Source of the DNA: a virus
IMG/VR virus record: IMGVR_UViG_3300032223_001943
Span: 59,202-123,201 of that record
Direction: 5' to 3' (one strand)
Length of the DNA: 64,000 nucleotides
Shown: positions 55,752-64,000 of the stretch, in pieces
How positions within the stretch are numbered: position 1 is the stretch's first letter
Layout: each line of letters begins with the position of its first letter
Notes under the pieces: generated by a model
The model's input: only the letters and a program-made list of their open reading frames with translations
The model's database searches: none
Told to the model about the DNA's origin: nothing
Program-made: the position numbers and the translations under genes

Positions 55752-55777
55752 AATAAGGTAGTTTTCACTACCTTATT
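55752..55777. terminator. Hairpin between convergent GIY-YIG and clpP genes
   Basis: AATAAGGTAG-TTTTCA-CTACCTTATT perfect 10-bp stem. Confidence 0.6.
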
Positions 55778-55782
55778 ATACT

Positions 55783-56445
55783 TTATTTCTTTGATGTTAT
55801 AATTTCATCAATCACACCATAAGCTAAGGCTTCTTCACTATTTAACCAGAAATCCCTATTAGCATCAATTAATATTTGTTCTTTTGTTTTACCAGTATTT
55901 TCCGATAGTATTTCAAACAATCTATTATTATATTTTTCTGACTCCTTAAAAGATATTTCTAGGTCCGCGAGCACGCCATGAAAGCCGCTCGAGACCTGGT
56001 GAATCATAACCCTACTGTGCTTCAAACTACTTCTTTTTCCTTTAGTTCCAGAAGATAATAATATACTTCCCATTGAAGCAGCAAGACCCATATTAACGGT
56101 AACAACATCTGAAGATATATAATTCATAACATCCACAATTCCCAATCCACTCAATACACTACCCCCAGGACTTGAAATATGTAGTCTAATATCACCGTTT
56201 CCAATGTTATCCAAATACATTAATTGTGCTTGTGTAACCGACATCATTTTGTCGTCAACTCCACCATATAAGTGAATAATACGATCAACCATCATCCTTG
56301 AGAATATATCAAGTTGTGTTGCTCTAAGTTCACGTTCCTCCAAAATATATGGCGTTAAACTGTTTTTCTCCCAATTATGAAGATCCAATCCAGATATTCC
56401 CATATGTTTGGTCGCATAACTCTTAAAATCTTTACCGTAGTCCAT
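55783..56445 (-). CDS. clpP: ATP-dependent Clp protease proteolytic subunit
   Basis: DIFSRMMVDRII, ISSPGGSV, GLAASMG (Ser), RVMIHQ (His), RDFWL..EALAYGVID. Confidence 0.95.
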   Translation of the reverse strand: MDYGKDFKSYATKHMGISGLDLHNWEKNSLTPYILEERELRATQLDIFSRMMVDRIIHLYGGVDDKMMSVTQAQLMYLDNIGNGDIRLHISSPGGSVLSGLGIVDVMNYISSDVVTVNMGLAASMGSILLSSGTKGKRSSLKHSRVMIHQVSSGFHGVLADLEISFKESEKYNNRLFEILSENTGKTKEQILIDANRDFWLNSEEALAYGVIDEIITSKK

Positions 56446-56995
56446 TTTTAATCTTTAATAATATATATCGTTTATTTGGTTTTGTAACAATCTTTTTCGG
56501 TTAAGTAACATTCTTTATCATCTATTGTGATAAGATATCTTAAATCGTTTGAAATGTTGATTATTTTGGTGAATATTTCTTCTTTATTACCTTCATTATC
56601 GACCGAGAATAATGTTATTTGTTTTTTGGTTGATAGATCGATTCCATGTTGAATTCCCGCCATTATTGATTGATAACAATATCCTGGTTCATTATTAACA
56701 TATCGACCCAAAATATAACCAACTTCATTGGATATATCCGACAAATCACCAGTTTTATATTCCAACGAATTTAAGTGGTTTATGATATCGTTTATCACTT
56801 TATTAAAATCTTCCATTTTTTCTTTTAATGATATATCTTTTAATTGGATTAATCAATGATAATAAAAACCCCCAGAATATTAAAACCGGGGGATTTATTT
56901 TTTTCAACTCCTTTTTTTAGAATTTACCGAAGAATGAATATTCCCTACATTTCCGAACTTCTTCTTCAATGAACCTTAAATAATCATATATTTCC

Positions 56996-57895
56996 TTAAA
57001 AATTCCCATCTTCCACCTGGAATACTTTTAGTTTATTTTTTCTCCATTGTGTAATAACCTGGTTACGATCATCATACACAAATAAAACATTATAGTTTTC
57101 TTTAATATAATTATCGTAGATTTCTTGTTTTATAATCGAATCTTTACGATTATCATTATGTTTACGCATATATATCCCATCAAAAGGAATGTTATGTTTT
57201 TCCAACCATTGAACCGTTAAATCTTGACAAACTTCATCACGACCAGAAACAATAAACACCTTTTCATTTAATAGTTTATGTTTTCTTAATCTGTCCGCAA
57301 CAACTTCATCAACATCGTCCAAATCAACTTTATTCCATTCAAAAGGACCACGTTTTCCATTCATATGGGCCAATGTTCCATCAACATCACATAAAATGAC
57401 ATCTTCTTTTGATGGATCTTTAATTGGATTCTCGTAGATATAGTTTTGTTTTTTTCTGGGTGAGAAATCAAACGTTTTAATTAAATTTTGATAATTCTCA
57501 AACATCTTTTCAATAACTTCTTTTCCCACCGATCGTTCTCGTTTTGAATCACGTTCAATGGCATCATCAATTGTTATATCCATAACTTGAAATTCAACAT
57601 TTGCCCTGGTGATAACCAAATCAATGAATTGATTAATATATTTTTCACGAACATTGGTATTATCAATAATAACATTCAAACCCTTATTTAACGCGGAAAT
57701 AACCGATGAATTGATAATATCGGTGATTAATTCTTCCGTTTTATTATCACAGAAGGGAATATTCTTAAACATAAACCTAAAATCATCACGATTCATTCTA
57801 ATCCAATTTGGATTTTCCTTAATAAAGTTCAAGGAATATGTTGATTTTCCACTACCAGGAATTCCAATCATTATTTTAACTGTAGGCGTTTTCAT
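56996..57895 (-). CDS. pseT: Polynucleotide 5'-kinase/3'-phosphatase (T4 PseT-like)
   Basis: GIPGSGKST, NRDDFR, IIDNTN kinase domain; DVDGTLA, SGR, YDDR HAD phosphatase; start moved to 57895. Confidence 0.9.
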   Translation of the reverse strand: MKTPTVKIMIGIPGSGKSTYSLNFIKENPNWIRMNRDDFRFMFKNIPFCDNKTEELITDIINSSVISALNKGLNVIIDNTNVREKYINQFIDLVITRANVEFQVMDITIDDAIERDSKRERSVGKEVIEKMFENYQNLIKTFDFSPRKKQNYIYENPIKDPSKEDVILCDVDGTLAHMNGKRGPFEWNKVDLDDVDEVVADRLRKHKLLNEKVFIVSGRDEVCQDLTVQWLEKHNIPFDGIYMRKHNDNRKDSIIKQEIYDNYIKENYNVLFVYDDRNQVITQWRKNKLKVFQVEDGNF

Positions 57896-57995
57896 ATGAC
57901 AAATATAAAGAAAAAAAATATTAACGACAATCACCCAACATAGGATTTATTTATTAACTTCACCAAAAAGTTATTAACATTAAAAACTAAAAGTC

Positions 57996-58493
57996 ATGGA
58001 AAAGTTAATGGAATTCTTCAAAACATTATTCATCCTAGTTATCGGAATGTTGTATTATAAATTTTCATCTTCAATGTTTGATCTTGCTCGAGAAAAATCA
58101 AAAATTAAAATGAAACCTATTGTCGTTGAAGATGTCACCTTAAAACATATTAAAAACCCAAAATTTGTTTTGAAACATATTGTTGCAACAATGTATAACG
58201 CCGTTGAAGGACAATGTGATAAAGATCCGTTAACTACCGCCGGATTATATAAAATCAACCCAAAAAAAGCGAGTCAACATAAGTGGATTGCTTTATCCAG
58301 GAATTTATTAAAAAGATGGAAGGGTCCATTTAATTATGGCGATTTGGTACTAATAACCAACGCTGGTAAAAAAACTGGTATATATAAAGTTGTTGACACA
58401 ATGAATAAAAAATACCGAAATAGAATTGATATCCTGGAAACTGTTGGAACTCCCCTATATAAATATAAAAATATAACTATCGCAAAACTGTAA
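57996..58493 (+). CDS. 3D-domain (MltA-like) protein with membrane anchor
   Basis: ATMYN..QCD..TTAG, IALSRNL, VVDTMN..RIDIL. Confidence 0.75.
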   Translation: MEKLMEFFKTLFILVIGMLYYKFSSSMFDLAREKSKIKMKPIVVEDVTLKHIKNPKFVLKHIVATMYNAVEGQCDKDPLTTAGLYKINPKKASQHKWIALSRNLLKRWKGPFNYGDLVLITNAGKKTGIYKVVDTMNKKYRNRIDILETVGTPLYKYKNITIAKL

Positions 58494-58495
58494 TA

Positions 58496-58530
58496 AAAAA
58501 CCCCACCGGTTAAGGATGGGGTTATTTTTT
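58496..58530. terminator. Bidirectional CCCC/GGGG hairpin terminator (representative; similar at ~6371, 15455, 30449, 36577, 43063, 51564, 56865)
   Basis: A-run, CCCCA..TGGGG, T-run between convergent genes. Confidence 0.65.
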
Positions 58531-59921
58531 TAATCAATTCGCATGACAATATAATAGTCATGACCTATTTTATATTCGTCATATCGACCATCGTAACCAT
58601 TTAAATCACCATAATCACCATTATTAGCCGCGTCCCTAGCAATTTCATCCAAATCAACATAACCACTAATGACTTTTGAATCGTAACCCATATCTTTTAA
58701 GAATTCATAAGGATCACGTCTAATATCTTCAAGTCGTGATTCAACTTCACCATCAATCATTTCGTCACTAACTTCTGGTGTCATTTCATCAATTTCTTCT
58801 TGAGCTCGTTCCTTATTAGATTCAGCTTCGTCAATCCATTCCTGAATTTCTTCATTTTCTTCATCACCCATTTGGTCTTGAAGTTCACTTATCTTATCGT
58901 CCAATTCGTTGATATAATCTTCAAGTTCCTGAATTCGTTCCTGTTGTTCCTCCGAATAACCAACGTTATCAAAATAAGATTCCAAATTTTCACGAATATC
59001 TTCATCATAATAATCCCTGAAATCTTCAGCAACCCTATCACCATCAAGATTACCTTCAATATAGTCAGAAAATGAATCAAGACCAACATCATCAATTAAA
59101 TTGCGATAATAATCAACCAATGATTCGTGAGCGTCATCGGATCGTTTAGTAGCATATTGTTTTGGATTACGTAAATCACCCATACCTTTAACACGATAAA
59201 CATTAAAATCGTAATGCGAACTATATGTTGGTAATACATCATAAACATCAATGTACGATTTCAGTTCTTCAAGACGACCCTCAATTTCATCATATTCTTC
59301 TTGTTGTTCATCGGTCATTTCAGTAAGACTATCCAACTCCTCAAGACGATTCTCAAAACGAATTTTTTCTTCACGTTCATCTGGTTCTAATTCATAAACA
59401 TCACCTTGATCCACAACATATTTCAATACCGACCAAGCCTCAGACGCTTCTTCACTACTATCTGGATCGTCCCAAGTACCTTCTTGTCTACGTTCATTAG
59501 CTTCATCCAATTCTTTTTGATACTCAGCTTGTAACTGTTTGGTTTCATATTTAGATCCCCATACTTTAACACTACCATATTCAACCCGGTCAATAGATTC
59601 AACGTTAGTATTAGATATATCTAATTGACCCTGAACATATTTAAGGTTACCTAAATCGTTTAAGTTTTCACAACCAGATAAATTTAAACCACCATCAACA
59701 CCAGTAATATTCCCTAAACTTATTAAATTTTTATTTTTAATTGTTAGGTCACCATCAACCCAAATCGGTCTATTTTGCAATAAACGATTAAACACTTGCG
59801 TACCATGAACTTGGTCAATAATATAATTTAATTTCCCTGGTTCAATATGAATATATTCATCATCTTGTTCATTCAAAACACGATAAATAAAATTTTTTAA
59901 TTGTTGTTCAGTTAGTTCCAT
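58530..59921 (-). CDS. Very acidic coiled-coil protein with LRR-like N-terminal repeats and leader
   Basis: MELTEQQLKNFIYRVLNE leader; LGNI..V.G.L.LS repeats; Glu/Asp-rich heptads. Confidence 0.6.
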   Translation of the reverse strand: MELTEQQLKNFIYRVLNEQDDEYIHIEPGKLNYIIDQVHGTQVFNRLLQNRPIWVDGDLTIKNKNLISLGNITGVDGGLNLSGCENLNDLGNLKYVQGQLDISNTNVESIDRVEYGSVKVWGSKYETKQLQAEYQKELDEANERRQEGTWDDPDSSEEASEAWSVLKYVVDQGDVYELEPDEREEKIRFENRLEELDSLTEMTDEQQEEYDEIEGRLEELKSYIDVYDVLPTYSSHYDFNVYRVKGMGDLRNPKQYATKRSDDAHESLVDYYRNLIDDVGLDSFSDYIEGNLDGDRVAEDFRDYYDEDIRENLESYFDNVGYSEEQQERIQELEDYINELDDKISELQDQMGDEENEEIQEWIDEAESNKERAQEEIDEMTPEVSDEMIDGEVESRLEDIRRDPYEFLKDMGYDSKVISGYVDLDEIARDAANNGDYGDLNGYDGRYDEYKIGHDYYIVMRID

Positions 59922-59941
59922 AACAATAAATATATCGAATT

Positions 59942-61582
59942 TTAATTATCTGAATTAACCAAAACAGTTTTATCGATATTTTTATATTCATTGAAGAATT
60001 CATTATATATCGCTTCCATCACTGGTATACATATTGAATTCCCCGCCAACGCCACATGTGCTCGGTGCGATAAATTTGTATTTGATAAAATCGTATCAAT
60101 ATCTTCATCCTTAACCCCCATGAATCTATAACCCTCCCTTGCGGTAATGGTCCTGAATTTTCCGTTGTCCAACATAATTTGCGGTGAACCAGATGTTGTT
60201 AAACATGGTGATGCCCCATCCAATGAATATATCCTTCTGGTTTGATCATATGAAATATCATCCCTTCTGGCAATTAGGTTACATACACTACGTTTTTCCT
60301 TCTTCTCGTTTAATGTGTAGGGTGCGTTAACAAATAATTCATCTTCAACATTATCCTCAATATATGGACGCATTGGATTGGTATGACCGTTAACTCTAGG
60401 TATAAATTGAATACTATCCAACTTTTGTTTAACATGTTCCGAAGTTTCACCCAATACCGATAACATAAATACTCGTTCCCTATTTTGGGGACAACCGAAA
60501 TCAACCCCATTGAAAACCCTCCAAGCATTCCCATATCCAAAACCTTCCAATGTTTCCATATATGTTTTGAAGGCATCCATATGATTTTTGGAAATTAAAT
60601 TTTTAACATTCTCCATCATTAAAAATTTGGGTCTATTGTGTTTTAATATACGTTCAACCTCAAACAATAATCCGGATCTTGTCCCTTTTTTAATACCCTT
60701 CTGAACCCCAGAAATTGAAATATCTTGACAGTTATGGACAATACAACCATTCGCAGTAAATGAATGATCAACATCCACTTCAATATCAAAAACCTCTTCA
60801 ATTTCTTCCGTCTGTTCAATCCTGGTTAAAGGAGTCCAGATGTAGTTGTCAATGATTGTTAACGTCTTTTTCTTATTGATAATTAAATGATATTCACCTT
60901 TACGTTTATAGATTGAAAAACCATACTTAAACGTTCCCATAATTAATTGTGCGACGGAATAAATGAAATCTTTATCGGAAGACTTAAAATAAATCTTATT
61001 TTCACGAACAACATCCGCAACATCTATTGTGTATTTATATAATTCAAGTTTTTGTTCATCACTTAAAACATTATCCGTTACCATTCCAATATAATCGGTT
61101 TCAATAATGTCTTTACATTCCTTCCAATGAATAACCCCAAATTTATTTCTAACATAAAACTTATGATTCTCCGTTGTCCTAATTTCATCAACAGTTGGAG
61201 TAATAACCCTCCAGATATTCTTTTTTCCTTGATTAAAGGTCTTATTTACCTTTTTGTAGGTGTTGGTATGTGTCAATACCATATCATCAACTTCAACCTT
61301 GTCAATGGTCTTAAAACCATCCCTCGTTAATACCAATGTGTCTTTTGTAAAACAAGGAAATGAATATGTTAATAAATCACAAGATGGAAATGTTTTTTCA
61401 TCAATTTTTGTGATATCCCCCAAATTTCCAACCTGGGTTGTATGTAAAGCATCATATACCTTATTGGCGGATGATAATATATCACAATTGGCAACATTTT
61501 CATAATTGATATCCGCATACTTCAATGCCAACTCCTGGGTTCCATAACCAGAAAATAGTGTTATAACTCGCAAATTCTTCAT
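59942..61582 (-). CDS. dcm: DNA (cytosine-5) methyltransferase containing an intein
   Basis: LFSGYG, GDI, SFP|intein|CQDIS, ENVKNL, PQNRERVF, AGNSI. Confidence 0.95.
   Translation of the reverse strand: MKNLRVITLFSGYGTQELALKYADINYENVANCDILSSANKVYDALHTTQVGNLGDITKIDEKTFPSCDLLTYSFPCFTKDTLVLTRDGFKTIDKVEVDDMVLTHTNTYKKVNKTFNQGKKNIWRVITPTVDEIRTTENHKFYVRNKFGVIHWKECKDIIETDYIGMVTDNVLSDEQKLELYKYTIDVADVVRENKIYFKSSDKDFIYSVAQLIMGTFKYGFSIYKRKGEYHLIINKKKTLTIIDNYIWTPLTRIEQTEEIEEVFDIEVDVDHSFTANGCIVHNCQDISISGVQKGIKKGTRSGLLFEVERILKHNRPKFLMMENVKNLISKNHMDAFKTYMETLEGFGYGNAWRVFNGVDFGCPQNRERVFMLSVLGETSEHVKQKLDSIQFIPRVNGHTNPMRPYIEDNVEDELFVNAPYTLNEKKEKRSVCNLIARRDDISYDQTRRIYSLDGASPCLTTSGSPQIMLDNGKFRTITAREGYRFMGVKDEDIDTILSNTNLSHRAHVALAGNSICIPVMEAIYNEFFNEYKNIDKTVLVNSDN
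60731..61354 (-). mobile_element. Intein (208 aa) in the PC catalytic motif of the C5-MTase
   Basis: Starts CFTKDTLV, block B TENHKF, ends VFDIEV..HSFTANGCIVHN before Cys. Confidence 0.95.
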
Positions 61583-61857
61583 ATAGCAAATATAATAAAT
61601 TAATTGTATTAGTCCATTGTTAAAACCAATTCTTCTTCAAACCAATAAGGAATATCACGATTTTTCCATTCCGCAATATGATTTTTTTCGTTGATATAAT
61701 AATTTCGATATGATTCAACCGGACAAGATGTTTTATATTGATCCGGCATCGCTAATGCTGGAGTTGTAATCATTATTTTTAATTAAAGATATAAATTTTT
61801 TATAAAAAAAACAACTAATTTGATAACTTTTTAGTTTTTCGTTATATTTATATATAG

Positions 61858-62460
61858 ATGAAAGCGAAAGAAGTTAGAAAATTATTAGGTATAACATACG
61901 TCACACTAAATACCTATATAAAACAAGGTAAGATAAGATATACCAAAATAAACAATAATCATTATATATACAATGATGAAGATGTTTATAAATTAATAGG
62001 TGTTAAAAAAGAAAAACATAATAGGATTAATATCACTTATTCTAGAGTATCGAATAGACCTAGAAATAATGATCTAAAGGAACAATCTAATAGATTATAT
62101 AACTTCGCAATTTCAAAAGGTATTACAATTGAAAAACAATACGAGGATATAAAATCTGGAATGTCTTTTGACAGAAAAGATTTTAATGAAATGTTGAATT
62201 CGATTATTAAAGGTAAAGTTGAATGTGTCATTATAGAAAATAAAGATCGATTAGCAAGATTTGGTTTTGATTTATTAGAACAATTATTTAAGTTATATGG
62301 TACTAAAATCATAATTGCAAATGATGAAATATCTAATAAGACTTATGAACAAGAATTAACGGATGATTTAATTTCAATTATCCATTATTTCTCGATGAAA
62401 TCATATTCAAATAGAAGAAAATTAAACAAGTTTAAAAAAGAATTAATTGATAACGATTAA
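61858..62460 (+). CDS. tnpA: IS607 serine transposase (element 4)
   Basis: HTH, YSRVSN, DIKSGM, ENKDRLARFG. Confidence 0.95.
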   Translation: MKAKEVRKLLGITYVTLNTYIKQGKIRYTKINNNHYIYNDEDVYKLIGVKKEKHNRINITYSRVSNRPRNNDLKEQSNRLYNFAISKGITIEKQYEDIKSGMSFDRKDFNEMLNSIIKGKVECVIIENKDRLARFGFDLLEQLFKLYGTKIIIANDEISNKTYEQELTDDLISIIHYFSMKSYSNRRKLNKFKKELIDND

Positions 62461-64000
62461 ATTAGATATAACCAGTATTGATGACGTTGATTTTGTTTAT
62501 GAAAAACAAAAACAATATTCATATGCATTTAGAAAATTATATAAACATATTAATTTAATCAATGATAAATCATTTATTGATAAATTAAAACTTAATTATA
62601 ATTTATCATCATATGAATTGAATTGTCTGAAGATAGATGTTAAAACTAAATTTGAACAAATAAAAACTAATAAAGAAAATCTTGAGGTCGATATCGTATC
62701 GATACGAAAAGAAATTGAATCGTTAAGTCAAAAAGAAAATAAAAGTAAAAAGGAAATTAGAACTTTATTTAAGTTAGATAACAAACTACAATACAAAAAT
62801 AAAACTTTACCAAAAGATATAACATTTGGTGGTGTTGATCTATTAAAAGAAATATCTTATCTATCCAACGATAAAGAAAATAATGAAGAAAAAATAACTG
62901 AAAAACTTAAACTATATAAAGAAAAAAGGGTTTTACCAATAAATTATGTAGGTAGTTTAAATGATAAAAACAGTAATCGTTATTTCATATTCGATTTCAC
63001 TAATTCTAATATAATATATAAACCTAATTCAGGTAAAAAAATTAATATAAGTTATAAAACTACAAGTAATTATAGAAAAATTCTAGCTGAACTAGAATTA
63101 ATAAAAGATTCTAAATTGTTACCAATTAGTGTTAGATTAGCATCTAATTATATTTGTATTACATTTGAAAATGAATTATTAACTAATTATAATTTTAATA
63201 AAAAGGAATTTTATGAAGAATTAAACACTATTCCAAAAGACGATAAAACATTAAGAACTGAAATTGCTAAAAAATATTTGAAGGATCAAGAAGAACGGAT
63301 GTTTGAAGGTAAAAATAAAGATAGGTATTGTGCTATTGATTTAAATCCTGAATATATTGGTTTATCGGTAATAGATAAAAACAACTTTAATATCATACAT
63401 AAACAAACATTTGATTTAAGTCAATTAATGAAGAAATCAAATGAATCTAGTGATCATGAAAAATCCATTTATTTAACGAATAAAAGAAAATTTGAAATTA
63501 GTGAAGTTTATAAAAGTATTTTTAATTTAGTAAAACATTATAAAGTTTCACATTTTGTGATTGAAGATTTGAACTTTAAAGACAAAAATATTAATGATAA
63601 TTTTAATGAATTTAATCGTAAAGTTAAGAATGTATGGAATCTTAATTTACAATTGAATATAATCAAAAAACATTGTACAAATTATGGTGTCAAACTTATT
63701 GAAGTAAATCCAGTATATTCTAGTTTTATTGGAAATATTTTATATGATGATTTTGACGCAGTTAACGCGTCTATTGAAATATGTAGACGAGGAATGGTAA
63801 AATATGAAAAAAATAATAGTTTATTCCCTGAAATAACAGATACAATTATTGACACTGTGGTTGAAAGATTTAAGTCATCTTTCCCAGATGTTCAACTGGT
63901 TAAAGACTGTAAGTCATGGAAAGAATTATATAAACTATTAAATAATACGGGATGTAAATACCGTAGGCAATTAGATGATAAGTTTAATTGTTTTAGCCAT
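62447..64000 (+). CDS. tnpB: Large TnpB-related nuclease of element 4, runs off the window (not in the ORF track)
   Basis: TTG start overlapping the tnpA stop; translation gives ITFGG, CAIDLNPEYIG, VIEDLNF, VNPVYSSFIG, DFDAVNASIEICRRG; same class as 46509-48131. Confidence 0.85.
   Translation, partial: MITIKLDITSIDDVDFVYEKQKQYSYAFRKLYKHINLINDKSFIDKLKLNYNLSSYELNCLKIDVKTKFEQIKTNKENLEVDIVSIRKEIESLSQKENKSKKEIRTLFKLDNKLQYKNKTLPKDITFGGVDLLKEISYLSNDKENNEEKITEKLKLYKEKRVLPINYVGSLNDKNSNRYFIFDFTNSNIIYKPNSGKKINISYKTTSNYRKILAELELIKDSKLLPISVRLASNYICITFENELLTNYNFNKKEFYEELNTIPKDDKTLRTEIAKKYLKDQEERMFEGKNKDRYCAIDLNPEYIGLSVIDKNNFNIIHKQTFDLSQLMKKSNESSDHEKSIYLTNKRKFEISEVYKSIFNLVKHYKVSHFVIEDLNFKDKNINDNFNEFNRKVKNVWNLNLQLNIIKKHCTNYGVKLIEVNPVYSSFIGNILYDDFDAVNASIEICRRGMVKYEKNNSLFPEITDTIIDTVVERFKSSFPDVQLVKDCKSWKELYKLLNNTGCKYRRQLDDKFNCFSH

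Larger units (their letters stand above)
52624..55761 (+). pseudogene. GIY-YIG homing endonuclease with C-terminal IPxxP..VY..W repeats, interrupted by IS607 element 3
   Basis: 52624-52749 encodes MNKTTIYGLYSTRDNTIRYIGKANDPKNRLRSH..ARVD and joins in frame via shared TAGAT to IDTYKSCWIRK.. from 54847. Confidence 0.85.

Noticed and set aside
54838-55761. Stand-alone 307-aa gene as given in the ORF track
   Set aside because: Its TTG start lies inside the IS end; it is the 3' part of the split GIY-YIG gene
954-62312. Many short ORFs antisense to or nested in longer genes (e.g. 954-1142, 15190-15483, 30601-30864, 58800-59075, 62037-62312)
   Set aside because: Shadow frames of better-supported genes with no motifs of their own
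1-64000. Alternative genetic code (stop-codon reassignment)
   Set aside because: Known genes translate full length in code 11, and TAA, TAG and TGA all end genes

Overview
AT-rich, gene-dense segment that reads as part of a large dsDNA phage genome. The host is most likely Bacteroidota, because TAnnTTTG (-7) and TTTG (-33) promoter elements recur before many small genes and Shine-Dalgarno motifs are not evident. Recognisable genes include thyA, a short DHFR, a Suv3-like helicase, YqeY, RmlC, a GT25-like glycosyltransferase, a beta-class amino-MTase next to a putative PD-(D/E)XK nuclease, an intein-containing C5-MTase, a sirtuin, a SLOG protein, ClpP, a T4 PseT-like PNKP, two lytic transglycosylases and HNH/GIY-YIG endonucleases. 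Four different IS607-family elements (serine TnpA + TnpB) are present. One splits a GIY-YIG gene and one splits a terminator, and both empty sites can be rebuilt. The two strongest leads are: (1) about 14 unrelated proteins (ART-like, zincin, transglycosylase, flavodoxin-like) share a short N-terminal leader ending in (I/L)-x-E, mostly behind a TATTTAT motif, which suggests a modular virion cargo-loading cassette; (2) a 32.0-34.6 kb RNA island holds one normal tRNA-Tyr, several tRNA-like RNAs with intact acceptor and T arms but non-canonical anticodon domains, and repeated kissing-loop RNA modules, bracketed by two non-coding blocks with DnaA-box-like repeats. All calls were made by eye from motifs; no database searches were run.
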